A DNA stretch of 63,996 nucleotides, counting the filler, from Candidatus Hydrogenedentota bacterium (GTDB lineage Bacteria > JBFMHD01): NCBI GenBank assembly GCA_040752395.1. It is 12 parts of 12 records of this genome, joined end to end, with 100 filler letters (N's around TTAATTAATTAA, not from the genome) between each part and the next. Parts side by side here need not be neighbours in the genome. Positions count along the whole stretch, not along the records: positions 1 to 4,391 come from JBFMHD010000226.1; positions 4,492 to 8,862 come from JBFMHD010000227.1; positions 8,963 to 13,307 come from JBFMHD010000228.1; 9 more parts are not named here. One strand, written 5' to 3'. A program made the translations under genes and the position numbers. The notes below the pieces were generated by a model. That model saw only the letters and a list, made by a program, of their open reading frames with translations, had not been told where the DNA came from and ran no database searches. The stretch's first letter is position 1, and each line of letters opens with the position of its first letter. Positions 1 to 10,451 of this stretch are shown one piece after another.

Positions 1-1
1 A

Positions 2-334
2 AAGGGTGATGTTATATTAAACGAACTTTATAAAAGAGATATATATTCTGTTCTTATAGAAGGCGGTGGTAAAACACTTGGAAGGTTTTTTTATGATAAT
101 CTAATTGATAGGGTTTTTGCTTTTGTTTGCCCAATGGTTTTTGGTGGTTCCTCTGCCCCGACACCGGCTTGTAGTGAGGGTATCCTTGATATAAAAGATG
201 CAAGAAAATTTAGACTTGAATCTTCCCAGAGAATTGATGACGATATGTTTTTAATATATAATAGTATAGATTATGATAAATGTATAAACGAGTGGTTAGA
301 AAAACAAAAACATTATTGCGGAAGCGCAGTATAA
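2..334 (+). CDS. ribD: Riboflavin biosynthesis deaminase/reductase, C-terminal part (5' truncated by window)
   Basis: Frame open from base 2: ...LYKRDIYSVLIEGGGKTLGRFFYDNLIDRVFAFVCPMVFGG..., the RibD reductase VLIEGG motif. Confidence 0.85.
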   Translation, partial: KGDVILNELYKRDIYSVLIEGGGKTLGRFFYDNLIDRVFAFVCPMVFGGSSAPTPACSEGILDIKDARKFRLESSQRIDDDMFLIYNSIDYDKCINEWLEKQKHYCGSAV

Positions 335-2202
335 AATACAAGGTCATCGATTACAATATCTGTTTTTGTATTACCAACTATCACAAAACTCATCCCTGAA
401 ATATTATCATCGAGTCTGCTGTTACCGTCTTTGATGCCATCATAAGGGTCCCGGAAAAGTGTGTTTAGCGGAAAGATAAAATCAGACCAACCCTCAAAAT
501 TAATAGGCACCGCTGTATAAAACCAGCGCTCGTTATCCATATCCTTAAGATATACCCTCATTATGTTCTTGCTGTTATCACCTTTTATACGTAACCCAAA
601 GTATTTAACATCTTTTAATGAATAAGGTTTAGCAAAATTTAACGAAGTATAAGCCCAGGCATTTGAGCCAACAGGCAAATGTATAAAATTGATACCCTGA
701 TTAGTGATGTCTTTATAAAGAAATATATTCAATGCTGAAACACCTGTATATTTTTCCTTGAATAATGAGCCTATATCAAAGGGTGAATATGATTCAAAGT
801 TCTCATAGACCTCTTTGTTTAAATTACTAACTAATTTGTCTATACCAGTTTGACCTGATTTTTTGACATAGACGATGGCTAAATCAGCATAAGGAAGATT
901 TTTAATTGAACCATAACCACAAGCAAAACCATAATAACCATACCGAAGTAGGGTTGGAAATTCAAAATTATAGGTACCCTCGTTATTTAATATAATTTCT
1001 GAATTTAAAGGCTGGTTTGAATAATAATCATAAATGGTCAGATAGAGATTCTTAAGTGAGGGTCCTGTGATATGAACAGCTATACTTTCTCCAGAAACGA
1101 CCTCAGATGGCGCGGATATAGAGACTATTAATGATGTATCAAGAACTGGTTCAGTATCTTCCGGCCTTTGCTCTGTGGCTGTAACTTCAGAGTATATTTT
1201 TTGTATAGTATAATATACAGGTCTTGGTCTGCCAAAAATATTATTAATAGTATCAACAACCTCAGTGATCCCGAACCATTCTTCAGGATGCGGGTCGTGA
1301 ATGAATTTATTCTCAGGGGTTCTATTCTGGGGGCTTTTCCACCAGCCGTCAGTCCACATAAATGGGCAAAGCCCAGCAACTTTTGTATTTAAAATTGATC
1401 TCATCATCTTTTCCATCCCATCTGCTTGCTCTTCTAAAGTATTTCCGCCATATCCGCCTTTACCAGGACCCTCTGGTGAAACAGATAACCCAAGCTCTGT
1501 AATAATCAGAGGTTTATCTTTAGCTATCTCTCTTTTTAACCAGTTAATATAGCCATTATATCCCATAGCATAGCGCAGTGTTTCAGGACCATAGGGATAT
1601 ACATTAAAGCAAACCACATCCCAGATGGAAAAATCTATGTAGTCTGTTAGTGGGCAATTGGAGAAAGAGACGAGTGCATCGGTGTCAGCCTCTTTCACAG
1701 CATTTCTTAAGTTAATGAACCTGCGATTAAATTCTTCGGGACCAACATCGATAAGTAAATCACTACGCGGCTCATTCATTACAAGATAAAAAAGGATATG
1801 GTCATATTGTTTATTCTTTTTTATAATATTTTTTATATCATTTAAGATTTTATTCTGGTTATCTTCATCAATAACAAAATACTTATTATAATCGACCCAG
1901 ATACCTTGAATAACCTTTAAGCCATACTCTTTTGCAAGTTCAAGTTCTTCGCCTTTATATTCGCCCCATCCTCTTATGGTATTTGCGTTCATTTCTTTAA
2001 TCATTTCAAAGTCCCAGCGTATTAATTCAGGTTCGAATTTTCGTTCCCAGGGGAGGCTACCATATCTGCAACCCGGCTCCCAGCCAACACCAAGGATATA
2101 AAAAGGTTTATCAGCCACATACAGTAAATTATTTTTGATTGATATATTTTTTGAGAATAAAATAGATGGGAAAATAAGGAAAACGATTACGAGCTTTTTC
2201 AT
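313..2202 (-). CDS. Secreted glycoside hydrolase (GH2-like/clan GH-A TIM barrel) with C-terminal CBM11/CIA30-like domain
   Basis: Signal peptide; MNANTIR, VMNEP (acid/base), IITELG (nucleophile), EEWFGI motifs; C-terminal IKGDNS..D..ERW..F.GW. Confidence 0.75.
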   Translation of the reverse strand: MKKLVIVFLIFPSILFSKNISIKNNLLYVADKPFYILGVGWEPGCRYGSLPWERKFEPELIRWDFEMIKEMNANTIRGWGEYKGEELELAKEYGLKVIQGIWVDYNKYFVIDEDNQNKILNDIKNIIKKNKQYDHILFYLVMNEPRSDLLIDVGPEEFNRRFINLRNAVKEADTDALVSFSNCPLTDYIDFSIWDVVCFNVYPYGPETLRYAMGYNGYINWLKREIAKDKPLIITELGLSVSPEGPGKGGYGGNTLEEQADGMEKMMRSILNTKVAGLCPFMWTDGWWKSPQNRTPENKFIHDPHPEEWFGITEVVDTINNIFGRPRPVYYTIQKIYSEVTATEQRPEDTEPVLDTSLIVSISAPSEVVSGESIAVHITGPSLKNLYLTIYDYYSNQPLNSEIILNNEGTYNFEFPTLLRYGYYGFACGYGSIKNLPYADLAIVYVKKSGQTGIDKLVSNLNKEVYENFESYSPFDIGSLFKEKYTGVSALNIFLYKDITNQGINFIHLPVGSNAWAYTSLNFAKPYSLKDVKYFGLRIKGDNSKNIMRVYLKDMDNERWFYTAVPINFEGWSDFIFPLNTLFRDPYDGIKDGNSRLDDNISGMSFVIVGNTKTDIVIDDLVFYTALPQ

Positions 2203-2261
2203 TAAATAGATTTTTAATTTATTTCAAAGCCTTTGTCAAATAAAGGTTTTTCATTTTTCAT

Positions 2262-2290
2262 TTGACGATACAAACGAGAATAAATATAAT
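2262..2290 (+). promoter_or_regulatory. Sigma70-type promoter of the MNT-HEPN-argC unit
   Basis: TTGACG-17 nt-TATAAT, 17 nt upstream of the ATG at 2308. Confidence 0.7.
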
Positions 2291-2307
2291 ATAAATGTTT
2301 TTGTTAT

Positions 2308-2649
2308 ATGGTTATTAACAAGATTGATAATATTAAGACAAGATTTGAACGAGAGATTAGAGAGATTGTTGATGCAATAAAAACAAAATATAAACCACAA
2401 AAAATTATCCTTTTTGGATCGTTCTCATCAGAGGAGATTAATGAACACTCTGATATAGATTTATGTATCATAAAAGAGACTGATAAACGTTTTATAGATA
2501 GGATAGGTGATGTCCTTGATATAATTGATTCATCTTTTCCAGTTGAAGCTGTTGTCTATACAGTGGAAGAGTTTGATAGGATGAAGAGAGAAAAAAACCC
2601 TTTTATAAATGAAATTATAAAAAAAGGCAAGATTCTCTATGAACAATAA
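2308..2649 (+). CDS. Minimal nucleotidyltransferase (MNT antitoxin-like)
   Basis: IILFGS...SDIDL motif, 113 aa, overlaps the HEPN gene. Confidence 0.85.
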   Translation: MVINKIDNIKTRFEREIREIVDAIKTKYKPQKIILFGSFSSEEINEHSDIDLCIIKETDKRFIDRIGDVLDIIDSSFPVEAVVYTVEEFDRMKREKNPFINEIIKKGKILYEQ

Positions 2650-3061
2650 TCAAGAACTTTTCAAAAGATGGTTTGCATCATCAAAAGATGATTTAGATGC
2701 AGCAAATTGGATGATGGAGGGTGGATTCTATCATAATGCTTGTTTTTTTTCACAACAATGTATAGAAAAAGCTCTCAAAGCATATCTTTATCTTCAGGGA
2801 GAAAGAAATATCTGGGGACACAGTACCTATTTAGTTGCATTATCCTGTTGTAATTACAATGATAATTTTAGCACTTTTTTTGAGGATTTCAAAAAGATAG
2901 ATCGATTTTATATACCAACAAGATATCCCAATGGTATACCAGCAGGTACACCGCGTGAAAACTATATAAAATCAGATTCTTTATATGCTATATCTATTGC
3001 TGAAAAACTTATCCAGTTTATTAACTCGATTATAACAGATGCCAATTCTGTCAAGAGGTAA
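2639..3061 (+). CDS. HEPN domain protein
   Basis: ACFFSQQCIEKALKAYL, WGHS, YIPTRYPN motifs; paired with MNT. Confidence 0.85.
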   Translation: MNNNQELFKRWFASSKDDLDAANWMMEGGFYHNACFFSQQCIEKALKAYLYLQGERNIWGHSTYLVALSCCNYNDNFSTFFEDFKKIDRFYIPTRYPNGIPAGTPRENYIKSDSLYAISIAEKLIQFINSIITDANSVKR

Positions 3062-3066
3062 CAGCT

Positions 3067-4116
3067 ATGATAAAAGCAAGGGTTATCGGTGCGTTTGGCT
3101 ATGGCGGGATCGGAATTATTGAACTTCTTTCTATGCATAAAGAGGTAAAGATTGTTTCTTTATGCGATGTCGAATTTATAGGGAAAAGAGTGTCAGATGT
3201 TTATCCGCATCTGAGAGGATATTGTGATATCGTTGTTTGTGAGTTTAAAAATGAGATAAAGAAAGAAGCTGATATAACTTTCTGTGCAACACCTGATAAA
3301 GTGGGAATGGGCTACGCAGAAGATATTATCGCATCAGGCTCAAAACTCATTGATTATAGCGGAGACTTCAGGTTCGATGATTTAGAGACCTATAAAGAAT
3401 ATGCAACAAGACTCGGACTCAGCACAGAGCATAAGGCTTCTGAGTTGCTTGATAAAAGTGTATATGGGTTAACTGAGCTTAATAGAGAGAAGATAAAAAA
3501 GGCATTGATTGTTGGTAACCCTGGTTGTTTTGCTGTATCGTGTATATTAGGATTATATCCGTTATTTAAAAACGATTTTATTGATAAGAGTAAAACTATA
3601 TGTGATTGCAAAACAGGGGTATCAGGTGCTGGTAAGAAACCAAGCCCACAGTTTCATTTCCCGAATAGATATGAAAATATGAACAGCTACAGATTAACAG
3701 GTCATCAGCACGTGATGGAGATAGAGAAGACATTAAGCGATGTTGCAAGCAAGGATGTTAAAGTGGTATTTACGCCACAGGTTGTGCCTGTTTGCCGAGG
3801 AATAATGTCAACCCTCTATGTTAACCTTTTAAAAGAGATCGAAGAAAAAGAATTGATTGAATTATATAAAGAAACATATAAAGATTCTAAATTTGTTAAA
3901 ATAGCAGAAGATTTTATTCCTGACAATAACCTGACAAGACAGACAAATGATTGCTATATTAAACCTACGCTTGATAAACGAGCAGGAATAGTTCGCATAA
4001 TCTCGCATATAGATAATCTTATGAAAGGTCAGTCCGGTTCAGCACTTCAGAATATGAATGTAATGTTTGGGATAGATGAATCCCTGGGTTTAAATATAGT
4101 AAATAAACAACCGTAG
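3067..4116 (+). CDS. argC: N-acetyl-gamma-glutamyl-phosphate reductase
   Basis: GAFGYGG, IDYSGDFR, GNPGCF, GVSGAG, IDNLMKGQSGSALQNMN. Confidence 0.95.
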   Translation: MIKARVIGAFGYGGIGIIELLSMHKEVKIVSLCDVEFIGKRVSDVYPHLRGYCDIVVCEFKNEIKKEADITFCATPDKVGMGYAEDIIASGSKLIDYSGDFRFDDLETYKEYATRLGLSTEHKASELLDKSVYGLTELNREKIKKALIVGNPGCFAVSCILGLYPLFKNDFIDKSKTICDCKTGVSGAGKKPSPQFHFPNRYENMNSYRLTGHQHVMEIEKTLSDVASKDVKVVFTPQVVPVCRGIMSTLYVNLLKEIEEKELIELYKETYKDSKFVKIAEDFIPDNNLTRQTNDCYIKPTLDKRAGIVRIISHIDNLMKGQSGSALQNMNVMFGIDESLGLNIVNKQP

Positions 4117-4144
4117 GATAATTTTAACGTGACTACTCAGTTAT

Positions 4145-4391
4145 AGGTGATATATAGAGGCAAGAACCAAGATAACGGAAAGAAAGACAACGAAAGAGGC
4201 ACAAAGGCACAAAGTATGAAAAAGATAGGACTTAGGAGTTCGTAATAATAGAGCCGAGCTCCGAGCTCCGAACTCAGAACTTTTTCAAGAAGAGTCAACA
4301 TAAGCGCGGGTTGTGCTCTACACTGTTGTGTTATTGGGTTCTTGGATTATTGCGTTTTTGCGCTCTACACAAAGCATGAAAAACTAAAGAT
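4145..4391. repeat. Composite heptamer/hairpin repeat copy (runs into contig end)
   Basis: GAGGCAAG..GATAACGGAAAGAAAG, GGCACAAAGGCACAAAGTATGAAAA, CCGAGCT tandem units, TGCGCTCTACAC module. Confidence 0.85.
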
Positions 4392-4491
4392 NNNNNNNNN
4401 NNNNNNNNNNNNNNNNNNNNNNNNNNNNNNNNNNNTTAATTAATTAANNNNNNNNNNNNNNNNNNNNNNNNNNNNNNNNNNNNNNNNNNNN
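4392..4491. other. Artificial contig linker (others at 8863, 13308, 17698, 36973, 41312, 45592, 49752, 53901, 57991, 62068; 100 nt each)
   Basis: N-run + TTAATTAATTAA (six-frame stop) + N-run. Confidence 0.98.
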
Positions 4492-4787
4492 GGTACAGGC
4501 TACGGGCTACGGACTACAGCCGGCTGGAGCCCCCTCTGAAAAGTCTTGAGTCTTGAGTCTTGAGTCTCGAGTCCTGTTTTGACTCACGACTTGCGACTTG
4601 TGACTCACGACTCTTTTCATATCATCTTTAGTTTTTCATCCTTTGTGTAGAACGCAATAACCCAAGAACCCAAGAACCCAATAGTGTAGAGCGCAAACAG
4701 CGCTCATGAGTACTCCTTCGTTATCTTTCTTTTTCTTTCCTCAACCTCAACCTTAACCTTTTCTTTCTTTCAGTTATCTTACTTCTT
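4492..4787. repeat. Composite heptamer/hairpin repeat copy (contig start)
   Basis: GGCTAC tandem + CAGCCGGCTG, (GAGTCTT)n..(GACTCAC)n, AACCCAA tandem, AACCTC/AACCTT tandem. Confidence 0.9.
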
Positions 4788-4878
4788 AGAACGTGTGAAA
4801 TAATCATCATTAATACCGGGCAACTCTTTTATTATCAGCCCCTGTTTTCTGAAAAAGTCTAATTTTTTCACACGTTCT
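4788..4878. mobile_element. Possible MITE with 13-bp terminal inverted repeats
   Basis: AGAACGTGTGAAA ... TTTCACACGTTCT, no ORF, sits inside a CTTCTTA tract. Confidence 0.45.
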
Positions 4879-4943
4879 CACTTCTTACTTCTAAATAAAG
4901 AGGCACAAAGTAGTAGGAGCGGGTTTATCCGGCCATAAATAGA

Positions 4944-7900
4944 CTACTGTAGTTTTATAAGTATCATACTGGAACGTGGGGGTAATGAGAGATTCAATGC
5001 TCCAGCGGTTGATGGGTCATAGATTACAAGTTTATCAGTGTTCCAGTTGATGATGTTTCTGGATAGACCATCTACTATTTTGCTTATAACCGTGTAATCA
5101 GTCGATTGTATCGCATCAAACCATAGACAGTTATTTGTAGTTAGTTTGAAGGTATGACCGCTATCTGAAACATTTAAAATCACATATATTTCTTCATTCT
5201 GATACGACCTTTTAAACCCGAATATTCCTTTATCATCATCAGTAAGCACAACCTCAATATCTCCGTATCTTAATTCAGGATACGTATGTCTTATTGCTAT
5301 AAGTTTTCTGTAATAGTTTAGAAGGTCAGGATTGACTGTATCTTGAGGATTTTCGTACGGTTCTAAATCCTGCCATAGCATCGGTTTACGGTCACTCGGG
5401 TCATCTGCACCCCACATTCCTGCTTCATCACCATAATAAATCATTGGTGCACCGACAAAAGTCATCTGGAAAGTTATAACCTGTTTTGAAATTCTGTAGT
5501 CCTCAGCCGTAGGTTTACTTTCATCAAACATATCGCCATCACATACACGGTTGCCTGCTTCAAAATCGTGTCTGTTCGGATTTCTTACTGACGAATGGAA
5601 TCGGTTGGTATCATGGCTACCAAGAAGATTCTGCAGCACATAATAAGTCTGCGGTTTATACCAGGTAAAATATTCTTCAAGTTTATGTTTAAGTATAGAT
5701 GGTTTATATTCACGGTCTATGAAAAAACGGACACATAAATCAGTGAACGGGTAATTCATATTTGCATCAAATGCTATACCATTTAACCAATCCTGTGCTG
5801 GATGCCATATCTCGCCTGTAAGATATGCATCGGGATTTATAGATTTAACAAGTTTACGCCAGTCTTTCCAGAATCTGATATTTACCTCTTCAGGTACATC
5901 CAGCCGCCAGCCATCGATACCATCGTCCGGGTCACCATCGTTATCAGGGTCCATCCAACGTTTAGTTATGTTGAATATAAATTCGCGTGGTCCACAGACC
6001 AGACCATTATCGTCTTCTTTAAATGCAGGCAGTGACTGGAACCCGGCCCAGCCTTCAACCTGTACAGGAGGACCCCAGTCAATAATGTTGTACCAGTCAC
6101 GGTATTCTGACTTTATACCTTTATCAAGAATATTGCGGAACGCAAAAAACTCGCGACCTGTATGATTGAAAACACCATCGATAATAACCTTTATACCCTG
6201 TTTATGACATTCTTCAATAAGTTTCAGGAAAAGTTTATCAGTAGGAGTGAACTGCCAGGTTTCAGGGTCAAGTGTCTCGCAAAGATTTTTGTTGTCACCT
6301 TTGTAACCGAAATTATCGTCAATATGACGGTAATCCGAAGCATCATATTTATGATAATCTACCGCTTCAAAAACAGGGTTGAAATATATGGCATTTATCC
6401 CGAGGTCTTTCAAGTATTGTAGTTTATTAATAACTCCTTGTAAATCTCCACCATAACGTCTTTTCCATACATAATCGAAAAAGTTGCTGTTTTCTCCGGC
6501 TGAGGTATAAGGTTTATACCAGTCGCACGTCCAGGGTACAATATATGTACCTGGTTCATCCGGGTCATTTGAAGTGTCTCCATTCCTGAATCGTTCTGGG
6601 AAAATCTGGTACCATACAGCATCTTTCGCCCAGCCCGGAAGAATAAGATTGGCTCTACGTCTCACTATAAACATATCATCCTGGCCAAACTTTTTTAATA
6701 ATCTCTGTTTTTTGCCATAATAAAACTTTTTCCCTGTAGAACTATCCACAAGTTCAAATATATACTGCAAATGTGTACCGGTATATATATTCTGCAAATT
6801 TGCTGAATAGTAATCATTATCTAACACTGTCTTTAATTTTTTTAGCGTGATCTTTTTACCGGTTTTAAGAATCACGTTTACAGATGAGAATTTATTTACA
6901 GGCAGGTCGATACCTAATTGTATAAAATCAGTATTAACGGGGTTAAAATGTTCAAAATTACGGGGGTTATGCGATATAACAGGTTCCCTTTTTTTACCTG
7001 ATTTAACAAGTATACCAGAGTTATATTCACCACGACCCTGACCATCGTCTATACGAAGGTTCGGGTCAGCAGTCAAATCTTCTAACCATATCTCTCCATT
7101 GACCACAAATTTGTAATGATACAATCCAGGTGCCAGAGATAGCACCATGCTGAAACTTCCATCAGAGTTTTTTGCAAGAAAGTTTGCGGTTTTATTCCAG
7201 CCGTTAAACGTGCCTGCTATGGCTACATTTTTTATTTCTATATTTTTTAGTCTGATATCCTGTTCGGGATTATAAACAAACTTAACACCAGGAAAAGTAT
7301 TACAGGTTAAACGTTGCAGTTTCTCTTCATAAGTCCATTGCACCACATAGTTTTTTTGTACGTATTTTATTACACGCGGATGGAACAGACTTTTAAGGTC
7401 TCCGTTTTTCACAAATTTGAAAATATAAAAACCAGACTGCTTCGCAAATTCGCTTATCCATACGTATCTGTCAGGACCGGTCTCTCGAAACAATGTTTCC
7501 GAGTCATCAGGGGCAAGAGAACCCAACCGCGAAATACAATGATACCTGTCCTTGATAGTAACCGTGATTAGATTGTTTTTACTCCAGCCATATTTATCCC
7601 TGACTCTGAGATGAAAACCGTATTTACCTGCTACAGGAAAACGGATTAAAGCTTTACTGTTTTCCTGTAATATATTAACTTTCTCAGGGTTTGATACGAG
7701 TTGTTTCCATTCTATTTCTTCAATAGGCAGGATAATATCCAGTCTTTGAATCTTGTCATCAGCCATTATTACCGCATTTCTACCACAAGACATAGACGCA
7801 TCGAATACAAGTAGCTCACCTGTGTTCAACACTTCTTTATATTTATTCACACGGGCCAAAGGCTCGGTGTTATAAGAGGTTTTAAGTTCCAGATAGTCTA

Positions 7901-8327
7901 TGTTTATTGGTGTTTCGTAAAATTGTAGTTCTATAATATGACGACCTTCTGGAATATTAGTCGATATACTCGAGATTGACCATTTGTCCCAGGCCGTATG
8001 AGGTACACCGAGTTGAGGGAACTCTATACTGCTTATATATGTTCCGTCGATGTACAATTTATGCATTGCCGGTTTTCCCATTGAGTTCGCATATCTTACG
8101 CTGAGTTCATATATATCAGAGACAGGAACATTCACGTCAAATCTTACACTTACTCCTTGACGGTCGAACCTGTCAACAAACCCGCGACCTGAATACCCCG
8201 AATGGTTAGTATTCACGCCTGCTTCCACAAGTTGTGCCTCCTCAGCTTCGTATAAATAATTGTCACCAATCAAATATACAGGTGGTAATAATAATAAAAG
8301 AAAAGAAAATAAAATCTTATATTTCAT
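4944..8327 (-). CDS. Secreted multidomain GH13 (neopullulanase/cyclomaltodextrinase-like) with CBM6/35-like, PKD-like and CBM48-like domains
   Basis: WYQIFPERFRNGD, GGDLQG, DGVFNH, DGWRLDV, GEIW, LGSHD; N-terminal YEAEEA..GYSGRGFV; AGTFNGW..YKFVVNG. Confidence 0.92.
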   Translation of the reverse strand: MKYKILFSFLLLLLPPVYLIGDNYLYEAEEAQLVEAGVNTNHSGYSGRGFVDRFDRQGVSVRFDVNVPVSDIYELSVRYANSMGKPAMHKLYIDGTYISSIEFPQLGVPHTAWDKWSISSISTNIPEGRHIIELQFYETPINIDYLELKTSYNTEPLARVNKYKEVLNTGELLVFDASMSCGRNAVIMADDKIQRLDIILPIEEIEWKQLVSNPEKVNILQENSKALIRFPVAGKYGFHLRVRDKYGWSKNNLITVTIKDRYHCISRLGSLAPDDSETLFRETGPDRYVWISEFAKQSGFYIFKFVKNGDLKSLFHPRVIKYVQKNYVVQWTYEEKLQRLTCNTFPGVKFVYNPEQDIRLKNIEIKNVAIAGTFNGWNKTANFLAKNSDGSFSMVLSLAPGLYHYKFVVNGEIWLEDLTADPNLRIDDGQGRGEYNSGILVKSGKKREPVISHNPRNFEHFNPVNTDFIQLGIDLPVNKFSSVNVILKTGKKITLKKLKTVLDNDYYSANLQNIYTGTHLQYIFELVDSSTGKKFYYGKKQRLLKKFGQDDMFIVRRRANLILPGWAKDAVWYQIFPERFRNGDTSNDPDEPGTYIVPWTCDWYKPYTSAGENSNFFDYVWKRRYGGDLQGVINKLQYLKDLGINAIYFNPVFEAVDYHKYDASDYRHIDDNFGYKGDNKNLCETLDPETWQFTPTDKLFLKLIEECHKQGIKVIIDGVFNHTGREFFAFRNILDKGIKSEYRDWYNIIDWGPPVQVEGWAGFQSLPAFKEDDNGLVCGPREFIFNITKRWMDPDNDGDPDDGIDGWRLDVPEEVNIRFWKDWRKLVKSINPDAYLTGEIWHPAQDWLNGIAFDANMNYPFTDLCVRFFIDREYKPSILKHKLEEYFTWYKPQTYYVLQNLLGSHDTNRFHSSVRNPNRHDFEAGNRVCDGDMFDESKPTAEDYRISKQVITFQMTFVGAPMIYYGDEAGMWGADDPSDRKPMLWQDLEPYENPQDTVNPDLLNYYRKLIAIRHTYPELRYGDIEVVLTDDDKGIFGFKRSYQNEEIYVILNVSDSGHTFKLTTNNCLWFDAIQSTDYTVISKIVDGLSRNIINWNTDKLVIYDPSTAGALNLSLPPRSSMILIKLQ

Positions 8328-9024
8328 AATTATCCTATTTAAATTGAATGAACAAATAAATCAAATGAAAAAAGTTAAAAAAAGTTGCTTATTTCTGTGG
8401 TCCAGGTATAATAATTTTTAAGACATCAGATGTTAGACTTCAGAGGGCAGAGGACGGAAAACATAGAAGAGAGGTAATGTTGAATACGTGTACTGTTAGG
8501 TATATAAAAATAGGTTTTGTTTATATTGGACAATTGGTGTAATGGCCATAAGTAATACCAGAGGTAAAAAACACTGAAAGAAAGTAGAGCGATGCTTGAG
8601 GCTGTATTACAGTAAATGCTCAAAGCGTATGGAAACCAAATAAAGAGCTCTCTGTTGGCAGAATTCTTTTAGAACAGATACGTGTCGAGATGGTATAATT
8701 GTCAGTAAAAAAGTAGCAAAAAGTTACAATTTAAGTGTTTCATCCGGAGTCGTGCATAAACGAATTACTTCGCAAAATATGCCAATCAGGGAGGATAAAC
8801 GAACCAGTTCGGTTATTTTAAGTTATACGCCATATGGTGCGACACTTTTACAAATCATTCATNNNNNNNNNNNNNNNNNNNNNNNNNNNNNNNNNNNNNN
8901 NNNNNNTTAATTAATTAANNNNNNNNNNNNNNNNNNNNNNNNNNNNNNNNNNNNNNNNNNNNTTCTGAATTTTTTTCAACAAAAATTCAGAAAGTTATTA
9001 AAATTGTTAAATAATACTCCAGAT

Positions 9025-9241
9025 AGAGGTGATATATAATAGAGGCAAGAAGCAAGAGGCAAGATAACGGAAAGAAAGATAACGAAAGAAGCACAGAGGC
9101 ACAGAGGCACAAAGGCACAAAGTATGAAAAGAGTCGTGAGTCGCAAGTCGTGAGTCAAAACAGGACTCAAGACTCAAGACTCAAGACTTTTCATAGGGGG
9201 CTCCAGCCGGCTGTAGCCTGTAGCCTGGAGACTGTAGCCCG
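9025..9241. repeat. Composite repeat copy with internally inverted modules
   Basis: AGGCAAG module forward, then GAGTC/GACTC and GGCTGTAGCC modules reversed relative to the copies at 44576 and 45369. Confidence 0.9.
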
Positions 9242-9305
9242 AAGAGATCTTTTTCTTTACTTTTAACTTTTCATGGGAGAGGGGGTAATTTAAGGAGGTT
9301 TTTTT

Positions 9306-10367
9306 ATGAGGTTATTTTTTATTTTGTGTGTAGTAGTTTGTCTTGGCATTATCTTGCCAGGGGATTTATGGGCTGATACATGGGCTCATGATTACCCCAA
9401 AGGCAAGGTTGATGCTTTTGTGGGTGATGGCCCGGATTCTGACTGGGGTGATTTTTACAAAGCGATAGTTGGTGATGATGGCAACAAGAATCTGGCGTGG
9501 AATCTGCCTACCAGCGCAGCTGACACATTTGTTTTCATACCAAATGGCGATGGAACCTGGTCATGCACTTTTTATTATTCACCAGGATATATGATCAATC
9601 AGATAGCTTTGTTATGGAGCGCAACTGGTGGTGTCTGGAGCTGGAGCACATCTTATGATTCTGGCAGTACATCGGGTCGTTGGTGGAGTGACCATGATAT
9701 AACGAATTATACTATTCCAAGTAATGCCACAGGCTCCTGGGTCGTGATGATTAACTGGGTTGATAACCCGTGGTCACTTGGAACATCGAATATGCTGATA
9801 AACCCTGATAGCGGCAGGATATTTGTTAACTGGCAGATACAGGGTACCCCGGATGTCGATGCTGCAATAGCTGGCGCGAATTATGGGTACAAACTCTTTC
9901 GTTGTCACGATTGGGATGGCGATAATAATCCAGATGAAGGGTTTAGCGTGATCCCTGAGGATACATATCTCTCGATGTATAATAGTTTAGTGAGCAAGGT
10001 TACTATTAGTGGTAATAACTATATAAGATATATTGATAATGATGAAACTTATACCCAGGCTGGTATACAAAGTTTAACAAATAATGATACGTATTTCTAT
10101 TATGTTTATGTAAAGGATGCGTATGATACATGGGATACAAGTGTAATAGTTTCTGAGGTGCCTGCTGGCTACATTCCTGTTATTTTCAAGGTAGAGAATG
10201 AAGAAATCAAGTGGTATGATATAAAGTGGTATATCGAGGGTGCTGATTGGAGTGTAATCCAGAAGCAGGATGGTAAAGCATACGTCACGCCTTATTACAA
10301 GGGTAAACGTATTCCTGGTATAAAGCATGAGGTAAAAGTATTTGCAGTTTCACCAAGAGAAACTTAA
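9306..10367 (+). CDS. Secreted protein with FN3-like region; probable paralog of the N-terminus of the downstream protein
   Basis: AAGGAGG RBS, signal peptide, DTWA / SPG / LTNNDTYFYYVYVKDAYDTW similarity to the 10670 ORF. Confidence 0.7.
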   Translation: MRLFFILCVVVCLGIILPGDLWADTWAHDYPKGKVDAFVGDGPDSDWGDFYKAIVGDDGNKNLAWNLPTSAADTFVFIPNGDGTWSCTFYYSPGYMINQIALLWSATGGVWSWSTSYDSGSTSGRWWSDHDITNYTIPSNATGSWVVMINWVDNPWSLGTSNMLINPDSGRIFVNWQIQGTPDVDAAIAGANYGYKLFRCHDWDGDNNPDEGFSVIPEDTYLSMYNSLVSKVTISGNNYIRYIDNDETYTQAGIQSLTNNDTYFYYVYVKDAYDTWDTSVIVSEVPAGYIPVIFKVENEEIKWYDIKWYIEGADWSVIQKQDGKAYVTPYYKGKRIPGIKHEVKVFAVSPRET

Positions 10368-10451
10368 CGAGCGAGGGGCCGGTTTCTGGTTTAATTTTTT
10401 ATAAATTTTGGTGGGGCAATTGTTTAATAAACATTATTAGAGTGTTGTCTG

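Noticed and set aside
8385-8862. Promoter-like TTGCTT-16-TATAAT pointing into an ORF-less region (possible sRNA)
   Set aside because: No recognisable RNA structure or gene before the gap; may serve a gene beyond the contig end.
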